Source: Tagaea sp. (GTDB taxonomy: Bacteria; Pseudomonadota; Alphaproteobacteria; CACIAM-22H2). Taken from it: a DNA stretch of 64,000 nt. The number at the start of each line of letters is the position of its first letter. Position 1 is the stretch's first letter. The stretch lies in the NCBI GenBank assembly GCA_965279565.1, contig OZ257249.1, forward strand, positions 3,644,750 through 3,708,749. Reading direction: 5' to 3'. Below are positions 20,124 through 29,292 of this stretch, in pieces. A model generated the notes under the pieces. The model did not search any database. It was not told the origin of the DNA and saw only the letters and a program-made list of their open reading frames with translations. Made by a program: the position numbers and the translations under genes.

Positions 20124-21394
20124 CAGAGCCCTGCCCGCACGGAATCGAGCACTCTGCCGAATCCCTCGACCCAGGGTGCAATGGCATGGTTGCGCGCGAC
20201 GTGGGCGCGGCCGGCACGCGACAGCGCCAGCCGGTGCACGCGATCGCGCGCGAGTTCGTCCATTGCGGCGACGAGATTGGCGGCGAACGTCGCGTCGTAG
20301 GATTTCATCATCGGCTCGAAGGTCTGGTTGAGGAAACCCCACTGGTCGTACCACGAAGTCTTGCCAAGGCGTCCCTTCACCGCGATCCCGGTCTCGCCGT
20401 CAGCGACGAACTCGTCGACTGCCGGCGCATCCGACGCGATGGTTGCCGCACCGCAGGCCATCGCCTGCAGCAGCGATACCGTGTGCAGCCCGCAGGACGG
20501 GATCAGGAACACATCCGCGCGCAGGAACAGGTCGACGAAATCGCCGAACGCCAGCTTCGTGTCGACGATCTCGACATTCGGGATCGAGCGCACGAACTTC
20601 TCGAAGTCCGGCCCGAAGAGTTTCGGAATCTGCGTGCGCAGGATCAGGCGACATTCCGGCCGGCGCGCGACGAGCGTGCCGAACGCAGCCAACGTCTCCA
20701 TCCCGCCGCGCAGCACGAAACTTTCGTCGTGCTGGCCCCACGAGTTCGTGAACAGGAACGTGCAGCCCGAACGTCCCGCGCGGGCGTCCTGCGCTGCATC
20801 GATGCGCGCCTGGATTTCGGGCGGGAAGTCGATGCCGAACGGAATGTAATGGGATTTTTCCTGGATCTTCGGGCTGTCGAACAGCTTTCCGATGAATTCG
20901 TGGCTGTGCCGGAGATGCGACGAAACGGCACGGCAGCGATCGCTTTCGAGCATGGCCCGCACGAGCGCCCAGACAGGCATCGACCGCACGTCGGCATTGG
21001 CTGTCTTGCCGTGCCACAGGAACGGAGCGAACAGCGTCATGAGCTCTTCGATATGCGCGAGCCAAGGCCGCTGGCCGAACACGAAAGGCATCGAGTGCGG
21101 CAGCGTCAGGTCCGGCTCCGCGGCGGCGATCTGTGCCTGGCTTTCGATATCCCGGCTTTCGGCGAACTTCACCACCGCCTCGCGTGGCACGCCGGGAACG
21201 GCGGCGGCAAGCTCAGCGACCAGCGCTTCGCGCTCCGCGAGCGCCTGCACGCGGTGCGCTTGGGTGGGTGCCGGCATGTCGAGAAGGAACTCGTAGCCGG
21301 CGCGCGGCGCAAGCAGGCTCGTCATCATCGGATGGTCGCCGCCGAGCCATTGGAAGATCGGCGTGCGCCAGGGTGCGGCAACGCGGTAAGTCAC
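20123..21394 (-). CDS. Glycosyltransferase, GT-B fold (GT4-like)
   Basis: ADVFLIPS, LLQAMACGAATIASD and GETG motifs. GTG 21394 forms a GTGA overlap with the upstream stop. Confidence 0.8.
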   Translation of the reverse strand: MTYRVAAPWRTPIFQWLGGDHPMMTSLLAPRAGYEFLLDMPAPTQAHRVQALAEREALVAELAAAVPGVPREAVVKFAESRDIESQAQIAAAEPDLTLPHSMPFVFGQRPWLAHIEELMTLFAPFLWHGKTANADVRSMPVWALVRAMLESDRCRAVSSHLRHSHEFIGKLFDSPKIQEKSHYIPFGIDFPPEIQARIDAAQDARAGRSGCTFLFTNSWGQHDESFVLRGGMETLAAFGTLVARRPECRLILRTQIPKLFGPDFEKFVRSIPNVEIVDTKLAFGDFVDLFLRADVFLIPSCGLHTVSLLQAMACGAATIASDAPAVDEFVADGETGIAVKGRLGKTSWYDQWGFLNQTFEPMMKSYDATFAANLVAAMDELARDRVHRLALSRAGRAHVARNHAIAPWVEGFGRVLDSVRAGL

Positions 21395-22383
21395 GCGCGG
21401 TCGCCCAGCCGCAATTCGACCTGGGCCGCGGTCGGTACCATCGCGGGGCGCGCGCGCATCGTCGCATGCAGGTCGCAGGTTCCCACGCCCGGCCGATAGA
21501 CTGGCTTGGGTGACGCGACGGCATAGGGGACCGGCGCCGTATCGCCGCCGCGCGCGAAATCGTCGCGCAGCAGCGTCGCGTATTCGAGGTTCCAGGTCGC
21601 CTGCTCCATCAGCGTTTCCTGCGGCAGCGTCGGCCGGTGGCCGGCCGCGCGCGCCACGCAGGCGAAACGGACCAGATGGTCGCCCGCAGGCAGCCAGCAC
21701 GCGTCGAGCGGCATCAACTTCAGGAAGCGCAGGAAATGGTCGAGCAGCGGAATCGTCGGAAACCAAGTGTCCGACGGGCCGAGCACGTAGCCCGTACCGG
21801 CGAAGTTGTACTGCATCATGTAGGCGTCGAGCGGCAGTGCTGCCGTCTCGATCACCATTAGGCCGCCGGGCCGCAGCGCACTGCGCGCCGAGGCAAGGAC
21901 ATGGAACGGCGAGAACACGTGATAGAGCACGCCCGAGCAGATCACGACGTCGAACCCCTGTCGGGGTTCAGGTGCGCCCGTATATCGGTGGCGGGTGATC
22001 TCGCCGGCGTGACGCTCCTCCAGCGCGCGCAGCAGCGAACCGGACATGACGTTCGGCAGATACGCGAAGTCGGCGTCGTAGGCTGCCTTGACGCAGGCGA
22101 TCTTGTCGGAGAAATCAAGGCCGTCGACCGCGACGACGTCCGCGGCTCCCCGCCGCTTCAGCAGCACCGGGACGAGTCCTTCCATCGTTCCGATGTCGAG
22201 GCACCGCGTGCCCGCAAGGTCGATGCGCGAAATCAGGTCGCGCGTCAGCGCGACGTTCGGGAAGCGTTGCCCCGGCGTGACGATCCCGTCGCCAAGCTCC
22301 ATCGCGTAGTACCAGTACTGTCCGAGGAACGAACGCTTGCGTTCTTCGCTCGCAAGCCAGGGAAGTCCGGTCACGTCGATCAC
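21391..22383 (-). CDS. Class I SAM-dependent methyltransferase (CmoB/DUF1698-like)
   Basis: WYYAMELGDGIVTPG, RCLDIGTMEG, FDVVICSGVLYH and PGGLMVIET motifs. GTG 22383 forms a GTGA overlap. Confidence 0.82.
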   Translation of the reverse strand: MIDVTGLPWLASEERKRSFLGQYWYYAMELGDGIVTPGQRFPNVALTRDLISRIDLAGTRCLDIGTMEGLVPVLLKRRGAADVVAVDGLDFSDKIACVKAAYDADFAYLPNVMSGSLLRALEERHAGEITRHRYTGAPEPRQGFDVVICSGVLYHVFSPFHVLASARSALRPGGLMVIETAALPLDAYMMQYNFAGTGYVLGPSDTWFPTIPLLDHFLRFLKLMPLDACWLPAGDHLVRFACVARAAGHRPTLPQETLMEQATWNLEYATLLRDDFARGGDTAPVPYAVASPKPVYRPGVGTCDLHATMRARPAMVPTAAQVELRLGDRA

Positions 22384-23360
22384 TCCGCCTTGATTCGGGA
22401 CCAGCGCCGGATGGCGCCGGGATTTTCGACAAGCGTCCGCCTGTACCACGCGACGGTCGCCGCGAGTCCGGCTTCGAGGTCGGTATAGCGGTGTCCGGAA
22501 AGCGCGACGAAGGCCGAATTGTCGGTCACGCGCCGGTCGATGCCGCGCGCACGCGACGGATCGAAACGGATCCGATCCTCCGGCACGCCACACAGACGGG
22601 CAAGAACCATCGCGACCGACCGGATCGTCTGCGCCTGTCCGCAGCCGACATTGAGCAGGTCGGCGGACGAATGGTTGGCAAGGCACCACATGTAGGCGCG
22701 CGCCATGTCCGGCGCATAGGTGATTTCGCGCAGCGGGCTGCCATCGCCCCAGATGGAAAGATCGCCGGCCGCCGGCGTCCATTCGCAGAAGCGCCGGACG
22801 AGACCGGCGATCCACGTGCAGTCGTCCGGGTTGTAGTTGTCGTCCGGCCCGTAGATGCCCGAAGGCACCAGTCCGATCACGTCGAGCGAATGCTCCGCGC
22901 GGTAGGCGCGGATCGCAGGCTCCATCAGCCGCTTGGCCATCGCGTAGGAATAGGCGGTTTCGTGCGGCAACCCTTCGTGGATCTGCTTCTCGGTGTTCGG
23001 CTGGGGGGCTTCCGCCGGATACATGCCCGACGACAGCGTCAGCACGACCTTGTCGAGCCTGTGCGCCACGGCCGCATCGAGGACGGCGAAGCACATCGCG
23101 ACATTGTCGCGCAGGATGCGCGCGGGATAGCGCCGGGCGAGATCGATGCCGCCGGAGATCGCGGCAAGGTGGATGATCCTGCGAATGCCTTCCCGACCGA
23201 CGAAATCGTGCACCGCGCGGGCATCGGTCAGGTCGAGGATCCGGCGATCGGTGAAGACGAACTCGTGGTCGGCATGTGATTGCGCGAGCCCGACGAAGGC
23301 CGCACCCAGTACGCCCGTCGATCCCGTCACCAGCAGTCGCGGGCGCCGGCCAGCCGACAT
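22380..23360 (-). CDS. GDP-L-fucose-synthase-like extended SDR (NDP-4-keto-sugar reductase)
   Basis: VTGSTGVLG, HLAAISGGI, YAMAK (YxxxK), IYGPDDNY and IWGDGSPLRE motifs. Confidence 0.85.
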   Translation of the reverse strand: MSAGRRPRLLVTGSTGVLGAAFVGLAQSHADHEFVFTDRRILDLTDARAVHDFVGREGIRRIIHLAAISGGIDLARRYPARILRDNVAMCFAVLDAAVAHRLDKVVLTLSSGMYPAEAPQPNTEKQIHEGLPHETAYSYAMAKRLMEPAIRAYRAEHSLDVIGLVPSGIYGPDDNYNPDDCTWIAGLVRRFCEWTPAAGDLSIWGDGSPLREITYAPDMARAYMWCLANHSSADLLNVGCGQAQTIRSVAMVLARLCGVPEDRIRFDPSRARGIDRRVTDNSAFVALSGHRYTDLEAGLAATVAWYRRTLVENPGAIRRWSRIKAE

Positions 23361-23361
23361 C

Positions 23362-25380
23362 CTAGAAATGCCCGGCGAGGTGCCGTGCCAGCGCCTTGTT
23401 TCCGTAGAGATAGGCACCCTTCTTGTTGCCGTACCAGACCACTTCGCGGCACCAGTCGGCGAATACCGGCCAGGGTTCCTTCGAACGCTCGATGCGGTAG
23501 GCGACCGGCTCCTCGACCAGTTCCTCGCTGCGCCCTTCGAGGATCGCGCGATAATAAGGGTAGAGATCGCTGCCGAGACGCACTTCGATGTCGGCAAGGA
23601 CGCCCGGTTCCTTGACGAGCGCGCGGTTCAGGCGGAACGCGTCGGCGACGGTCTCGCGCGGCACGAGCGATCGGTGCTCGGAGATCGACGACAGGACGAG
23701 GCGTTCGGCCTCGGCATAGAACGCATCGAGCTTCCCGCCCGCGACGAGGTCGATGAACACGTACTCGTCCGCCGGCCAGTGGATGCCGAGCCATTTTTCC
23801 GAGAACACGTATTCGACGGCGCCGTCCTGGATCTGGCGGGCATAGTCGTCGAAGAACGCGCGGATCGCGCCGATGACGGGATAGTCGGCGGCGTCGGCAC
23901 GGAAAAACGCCTCGAGCAGACGACGGAATGGCACACCGCATTTCTCGTGCGCGACGAGGATCGGGATCTGCAGCAGCTTGTTGTAGTGGATCAGCGCCGT
24001 CATCCACGCGAAGCTGCGCGCCCTGCGCCAGTCGGCAGCGGGCATCGACGCCGTCTCGACGACCAGATCCTGCGTCTCGTAGATGCCGTCGGGATCGACG
24101 TCGATCGAACCGTGGATGTTGACGATCTTCGTCACGACCGTCCGCATGCCGTACTTCTCCTGATAGGCAGGATCGCCCATCTCGGCGTTCGGCAGAATCG
24201 ACAGGTTGTTGAACTGGATGCGGTTGTGCTGGCCGTTGTCCATCAGCCAGCAGACCCCGTCGACCCACGAATCGTAGGTCTCACCCGGCAGACCGAGAAT
24301 GAGGTCCGAATAGGTCTCGACGCGGTCACGCGTGAAGCGGCGCTGCAGTTCCTCGTAGGTGTCGAGCGCGATGTTCTGCCGCTTGATCGCCTTCAGCGTG
24401 CCGGGATCGAGCGACTGCATGGAGAGCGTGACGCCCTTGTTCATGCCGGCGTCCGACAGGATCTTCTGCGTGAGGTAGGCGCGGTCGGTCGCGTTCTTCG
24501 TGTTCTGGACGGACACCGCCTTCGGATAACCACGCTCGGCCTTCGTCCGGGCGAGCGATTCGGCGAGCTGGATGTCGCGCGCGAGGATCCCGAAATTCGC
24601 GTCGCAGCAGAAGATGAACTCGATCTTCCGGTCGGCGAACCAGCCGATCTCGCGGTCGAGGCGCGCAAGATCGAACTGGAAGACCTTTGCCTGCGTCGCG
24701 GAGCCCCAGTCGCAGAACGTGCACTGGAACGGGCAGCCGCGGTTGGTCTCCCACAGGACGATCCAGTTTTCCTGCGGATTGGCCGCCATCAGCGGATCGA
24801 ATATTCCTTCGAGGTAGGGCGACGGAACATCGTTGAGATCGCGGATACGCGGCCCCTTCGCCTGGCAGACGAAGGCGCCGTCGCGCACATACGAGAGGTT
24901 CGCGATGCCCGACCATTCGCGCGACGGCCAGGCTTCGAGCAGCTTCGTGAACGCATGCTCGCCTTCGCCGTTGATCGCGACGTCGATGAACGGGTTCTCG
25001 CGCAGGAACGGCTCGGTCCGGTCGGGGACCTGCGGTCCGCCGAACACGATCAGGATTCCAGGCTTGCGCCTTTTAAGCTCCCGCGCGACCGCCAGCGACA
25101 GCTTGACGTTCCAGACATAGGTGGAGAAGCCGACGACGTCGGCCTCGATAAGCTGCTCGACTGTCTCGGCGACGCGCTGGCGCTTGTAGACCGGGAGCAG
25201 GAACTCAAAGCGCGCAGGTGCCGCGGCGAACTTGCGCACATAGCCCTCGATCAGGCCGACCGCGTAGGGCAGGTAATTCTGCCCCGAAAAGCTGTTGTTG
25301 ATCTGGATGAGACCGATCTTGCACGGCGTGGCGGCGTGTGGGGGCAAAGCCGTCGCTCCAGTCTGGACTTGCGGGTTCAT
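23362..25380 (-). CDS. Cobalamin-dependent radical SAM enzyme
   Basis: B12-binding region (YLPYAVG, DVVGFSTYVWN, VFGGPQV, GEGE) and CxxxCxxC in ETNRGCPFQCTFCDWG. Alternative start 25446. Confidence 0.92.
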   Translation of the reverse strand: MNPQVQTGATALPPHAATPCKIGLIQINNSFSGQNYLPYAVGLIEGYVRKFAAAPARFEFLLPVYKRQRVAETVEQLIEADVVGFSTYVWNVKLSLAVARELKRRKPGILIVFGGPQVPDRTEPFLRENPFIDVAINGEGEHAFTKLLEAWPSREWSGIANLSYVRDGAFVCQAKGPRIRDLNDVPSPYLEGIFDPLMAANPQENWIVLWETNRGCPFQCTFCDWGSATQAKVFQFDLARLDREIGWFADRKIEFIFCCDANFGILARDIQLAESLARTKAERGYPKAVSVQNTKNATDRAYLTQKILSDAGMNKGVTLSMQSLDPGTLKAIKRQNIALDTYEELQRRFTRDRVETYSDLILGLPGETYDSWVDGVCWLMDNGQHNRIQFNNLSILPNAEMGDPAYQEKYGMRTVVTKIVNIHGSIDVDPDGIYETQDLVVETASMPAADWRRARSFAWMTALIHYNKLLQIPILVAHEKCGVPFRRLLEAFFRADAADYPVIGAIRAFFDDYARQIQDGAVEYVFSEKWLGIHWPADEYVFIDLVAGGKLDAFYAEAERLVLSSISEHRSLVPRETVADAFRLNRALVKEPGVLADIEVRLGSDLYPYYRAILEGRSEELVEEPVAYRIERSKEPWPVFADWCREVVWYGNKKGAYLYGNKALARHLAGHF

Positions 25381-25664
25381 TTCGCGCGCGGTCTCCGTAT
25401 CGTTCCAGTGTGTCCGGCCCGGCGCTTCTCGCCGATCGTCCAGCACCTCGTTCGCGATTAAACCAAAATATCTAAAATCCGATTAACTTACCCATAAATA
25501 TCTGAGGGATATGGAATTTCTAACGGTAAGGTTAAATGAAACTCAACATGCGCAACAAGGGGGCATTTTTGGCCTGCCCGTTTTTTCGTCACGCCGACGT
25601 CGATTGATTTCGGGCGCCGCGTTCTGCTAGCAACAGTCGCAAGGGCGTTGCGGGGAGAGAACGT

Positions 25665-26417
25665 TTGCCGGATTACATCCTGGAAACCGAAGGGCTGACG
25701 AAGGAGTTCCGCGGCTTCATCGCGGTCAACGGTGTTTCCCTCCAGGTCCGCCGCGGCACCATCCATGCGCTGATCGGGCCGAACGGTGCGGGCAAGACGA
25801 CCTGCTTCAATCTGCTGACGAAGTTCCTCGATCCGACGCGCGGCGCCATCCGCTATAACGGGCGCGACATCACCGGCGCCAAGCCTGCCGACATCGCGCG
25901 CATGGGCCTCGTGCGCTCGTTCCAGATATCCGCCGTGTTCCCGCACCTGAGCGTGATCGAGAATGTCCGCGTGGCGCTGCAGCGCAAGCGCGGCAACTCG
26001 TTCGATTTCTGGCGCAGCGAGCGGGCACTCGATGAGTTCAACGAGCGCGCGCGCGAACTGATCGAATGGGTGGGCCTGTCGGATTTCGCCGAGACGACCG
26101 CGGTCGAGATGCCGTACGGCCGCAAGCGCGCGCTCGAGATCGCAACGACGCTGGCGCTCGAGCCCGAGATGATGCTGCTCGACGAGCCGACCGCAGGCAT
26201 GGGCCACGAAGACGTCGGCCGCATTTCCGCACTTATCAAGCGGGTCGCGCAGGGCCGCACCGTCCTGATGGTCGAACACAATCTTTCGGTCGTCTCCGAC
26301 CTTTCAGACACGATCACCGTGCTCGCACGCGGCGAGGTTCTTGCCGAAGGCGACTATGCCGCCGTCTCGAAGAACCCGGACGTCGTGCAGGCCTATATGG
26401 GTGCCGGACATGGCTGA
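25665..26417 (+). CDS. Branched-chain amino acid-type ABC transporter ATP-binding protein (LivG-like)
   Basis: GPNGAGKTT, MPYGRKRALE, LLDEP and VEHN motifs. Confidence 0.93.
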   Translation: MPDYILETEGLTKEFRGFIAVNGVSLQVRRGTIHALIGPNGAGKTTCFNLLTKFLDPTRGAIRYNGRDITGAKPADIARMGLVRSFQISAVFPHLSVIENVRVALQRKRGNSFDFWRSERALDEFNERARELIEWVGLSDFAETTAVEMPYGRKRALEIATTLALEPEMMLLDEPTAGMGHEDVGRISALIKRVAQGRTVLMVEHNLSVVSDLSDTITVLARGEVLAEGDYAAVSKNPDVVQAYMGAGHG

Positions 26418-27114
26418 GCCGATGCTGGCCGTCCGCGGTCTCAACGCGTGGTACGGCGAAAGCCATATCCTGCACGGCGTCGATCTCGACGTCCGGCAGG
26501 GCGAAGTCGTCACGATGCTCGGCCGGAACGGTGCGGGCAAGACGACGACGATGAAGTCGGTGATGGGCCTCGTCGGAACGCGCAAGGGCTCGGTCCGCTA
26601 CGAGGGCAAGGAAACGATCGACCTGCCGGCGTACCGGATCGCGCGCCAGGGCATCGCCTTCTGCCCGGAAGAACGCGCGATCTTCGCCTCGCTCGACGTC
26701 GCCGAGAACCTGATGCTGCCCCCCGCGGTCGGCCCGGGCGGCATGTCGGTGGAAACGATCTTCGAGCTTTTCCCCAATTTGAAGGAACGGCTTTCGAGCC
26801 AGGGCACGAAGCTCTCGGGCGGCGAACAGCAGATGCTGGCGATCGCGCGCATCCTGCGCACGGGCGCGCGTCTGCTGCTGCTCGACGAGCCGACCGAGGG
26901 GCTTGCCCCGGTCATCGTCCAGCAGATCGGGCACACGATCCGCCGCCTCAAGTCCGAAGGTTTCACGATCCTGCTGGTCGAGCAGAATTTCCGCTTCGCG
27001 GCCACGGTCGCTGACAGGCACTACGTCATGGAGCACGGGCGCATCGTCGACGAAATCGCCAACGACGCACTCGAGGCGAACATGGGCAAGCTCCACGAAT
27101 ATCTCGGCGTCTGA
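26410..27114 (+). CDS. Branched-chain amino acid-type ABC transporter ATP-binding protein (LivF-like)
   Basis: GRNGAGKTT, LSGGEQQML and LDEPTEGLAP motifs. Confidence 0.93.
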   Translation: MAEPMLAVRGLNAWYGESHILHGVDLDVRQGEVVTMLGRNGAGKTTTMKSVMGLVGTRKGSVRYEGKETIDLPAYRIARQGIAFCPEERAIFASLDVAENLMLPPAVGPGGMSVETIFELFPNLKERLSSQGTKLSGGEQQMLAIARILRTGARLLLLDEPTEGLAPVIVQQIGHTIRRLKSEGFTILLVEQNFRFAATVADRHYVMEHGRIVDEIANDALEANMGKLHEYLGV

Positions 27115-27137
27115 ATTCCAACATAGGGAGTAACGCA

Positions 27138-28343
27138 ATGAAGAAGCTGAAGAACATGCTGCTGGGGGCCGCGGCGCTGACCGCTCTCGCCCTGCCGGCA
27201 GCCGCACAGACCAATGTCAAGCTCGGCATCCTCACGGACATGTCGAGCCTCTACACCGACCTCGCCGGTGCCGGCTCCGTCCTCGCCGCGCGCATGGCGG
27301 CCGACGATTTCGGCGCAGCCGCCAAGGGCATCAAGGTCGACTTCGTCTCGGCCGACCACCAGAACAAGGCCGACGTCGGCTCGAACATCGCGCGCCAGTG
27401 GATCGACGTCGACAAGGTCGACGTGATCGTCGACGTACCGAACTCGGGCGTGGCGCTCGCCATCAACGAGATCGCCAAGGACAAGAACAAGGTGTTCCTC
27501 GTGTCCGGCGCCGCCTCGTCCGGCCTGACGGGCGCCGCGTGCTCGCCCAACACGGTCCACTGGACCTACGACACCTGGGCGCTCGCGAACGGCACGGGCA
27601 GCGCCATCGTCAAGACCGGCGGCGACAGCTGGTTCTTCCTGACGGCGGACTACGCCTTCGGCCACCAGCTCGAGGCCGACACGGCCGCGGTCGTCAACAA
27701 GCTCGGCGGCAAGGTGCTGGGTCAGGTCCGCCATCCGCTCAACGCCAACGACTTCTCGTCGTTCCTGCTGCAGGCGCAGTCGTCGCGCGCCAAGATCGTC
27801 GGCCTCGCCAACGCGGGCGGCGACACGGTCAACACGATCAAGCAGGCGGCGGAATTCGGCATCGTCCGGCGCGGCCAGAACCTCGCCGGCCTGCTCGTGT
27901 TCCTCACCGACGTGCACGCGCTCGGCCTGGAGACGGCGCAGGGCCTGATCATGACCGAAGCCTTCTACTGGGACCAGAACGACGCCTCGCGCGCCTTCGC
28001 CAAGCGTTTCTCGGCGGCCAACAAGGGCATCCACCCCACGATGGTGCACGCCGGCGTCTACGCGTCGGTCACCCACTATCTGAAGGCGGTCGAGGCCGGC
28101 AAGTCGGCCGCCGACGGCAAGGCGGTGGTCGAGCGCATGAAGGCGATGCCGACCGACGACCCGCTGTTCGGCAAGGGCACGGTCCGCAAGGACGGCCGCA
28201 AGATCCACGACATGTACCTGTTCGAGGTCAAGAAGCCTTCGGAATCGAAGGCGCCGTGGGACTACTACAAGCTCCGTGCGACGATCCCGGCAGCCGAAGC
28301 CTTCCGCCCGTTGGCGGACGGCAAGTGCCCGATCGCCGGCTGA
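27138..28343 (+). CDS. ABC transporter substrate-binding protein (Liv/PBP1 type)
   Basis: Signal peptide, LTDMSSLY, DHQNKAD and TADYAFG motifs; SD GGGAG. Confidence 0.93.
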   Translation: MKKLKNMLLGAAALTALALPAAAQTNVKLGILTDMSSLYTDLAGAGSVLAARMAADDFGAAAKGIKVDFVSADHQNKADVGSNIARQWIDVDKVDVIVDVPNSGVALAINEIAKDKNKVFLVSGAASSGLTGAACSPNTVHWTYDTWALANGTGSAIVKTGGDSWFFLTADYAFGHQLEADTAAVVNKLGGKVLGQVRHPLNANDFSSFLLQAQSSRAKIVGLANAGGDTVNTIKQAAEFGIVRRGQNLAGLLVFLTDVHALGLETAQGLIMTEAFYWDQNDASRAFAKRFSAANKGIHPTMVHAGVYASVTHYLKAVEAGKSAADGKAVVERMKAMPTDDPLFGKGTVRKDGRKIHDMYLFEVKKPSESKAPWDYYKLRATIPAAEAFRPLADGKCPIAG

Positions 28344-28351
28344 CGCGACAG

Positions 28352-28387
28352 GGGGCGGGGGACGTTTCCCCCGCCCCTCTTTCTTTT
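28352..28387 (+). terminator. GC hairpin plus U-rich tail after the SBP gene (partial terminator or mRNA stabiliser)
   Basis: GGGGCGGGGGA-cgtt-TCCCCCGCCCC (11 bp) followed by tctttctttt. Confidence 0.7.
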
Positions 28388-28404
28388 CCCGAGCGACCGG
28401 TCCC

Positions 28405-29292
28405 ATGCCCGACATCTTCGGAATTCCGCCTCAGGCCCTGTTCGGCCAGCTTCTGCTGGGGCTGATCAACGGTTCGTTCTACGCGATGCTGAGCCTCGGG
28501 CTGGCGATCATCTTCGGCCTGCTCAACATCATCAATTTCACGCACGGCGCCCAGTACATGATGGGCGCATTCTGCGCGTGGATGCTGCTCAACTGGCTGG
28601 GCATCAGCTACTGGGCGTCGATGCTGATCGTGCCCGTCGTCGTCGGCGCGTTCGGCGTGCTGATCGAGCGCACGATGCTGCGCCATCTCTACAAGCTCGA
28701 TCATCTCTACGGCCTGCTGCTGACCTTCGGTCTCGCCCTCATCGTGCAGGGCCTGTTCCGGAACGAATTCGGATCGTCTGGCCTTCCCTACCGCATCCCC
28801 GACGAACTGCGCGGCGGCACCGATCTCGGCTTCATGTACATGCCCAACTATCGCGGCTGGGTCGTCGCGGTCTCGCTCGTGGTCTGCCTGTCGACCTGGT
28901 TCGTCATCGAGAAGACCAAGCTCGGCGCCTATCTGCGCGCCGCGACCGAAAATCCGCCGATGGTCCAGGCCTTCGGCATCAACGTGCCGCGCATGGTGAC
29001 GCTGACCTACGGTTTCGGCGTGGGCCTTGCGGCCTTCAGCGGCGTGCTCGCCGCCCCGATCTATCAGGTCAGCCCGCAGATGGGCGCCGACCTCATCATC
29101 GTCGTGTTCGCCGTGGTCGTGATCGGCGGCATGGGATCGATCATGGGATCGATCATCACCGGCTTCGGGCTCGGCATCATCGAGGGGCTTACCAAGGTGT
29201 TCTATCCCGAAGCATCCGCGACCGTGATCTTCGTCATCATGGCGATCGTGCTCCTGCTCAAGCCTGCCGGCCTGTTTGGGAGGGTCCGATGA
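28405..29292 (+). CDS. Branched-chain ABC permease (LivH-like)
   Basis: GLINGSFYAMLSLGLAIIFG, INFTHG and VIGGMGS motifs. Confidence 0.93.
   Translation: MPDIFGIPPQALFGQLLLGLINGSFYAMLSLGLAIIFGLLNIINFTHGAQYMMGAFCAWMLLNWLGISYWASMLIVPVVVGAFGVLIERTMLRHLYKLDHLYGLLLTFGLALIVQGLFRNEFGSSGLPYRIPDELRGGTDLGFMYMPNYRGWVVAVSLVVCLSTWFVIEKTKLGAYLRAATENPPMVQAFGINVPRMVTLTYGFGVGLAAFSGVLAAPIYQVSPQMGADLIIVVFAVVVIGGMGSIMGSIITGFGLGIIEGLTKVFYPEASATVIFVIMAIVLLLKPAGLFGRVR

Noticed and set aside
20123-23597. Long track ORFs 20123..21766, 21391..23094 and 22380..23597
   Set aside because: Their N-terminal extensions overlap upstream genes out of frame. Overlap-coupled starts at 21394, 22383 and 23360 explain the data.
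23146-25461. 771-aa plus-strand ORF opposite the rSAM gene
   Set aside because: An antisense shadow typical of high-GC codon bias, with no recognisable motifs.
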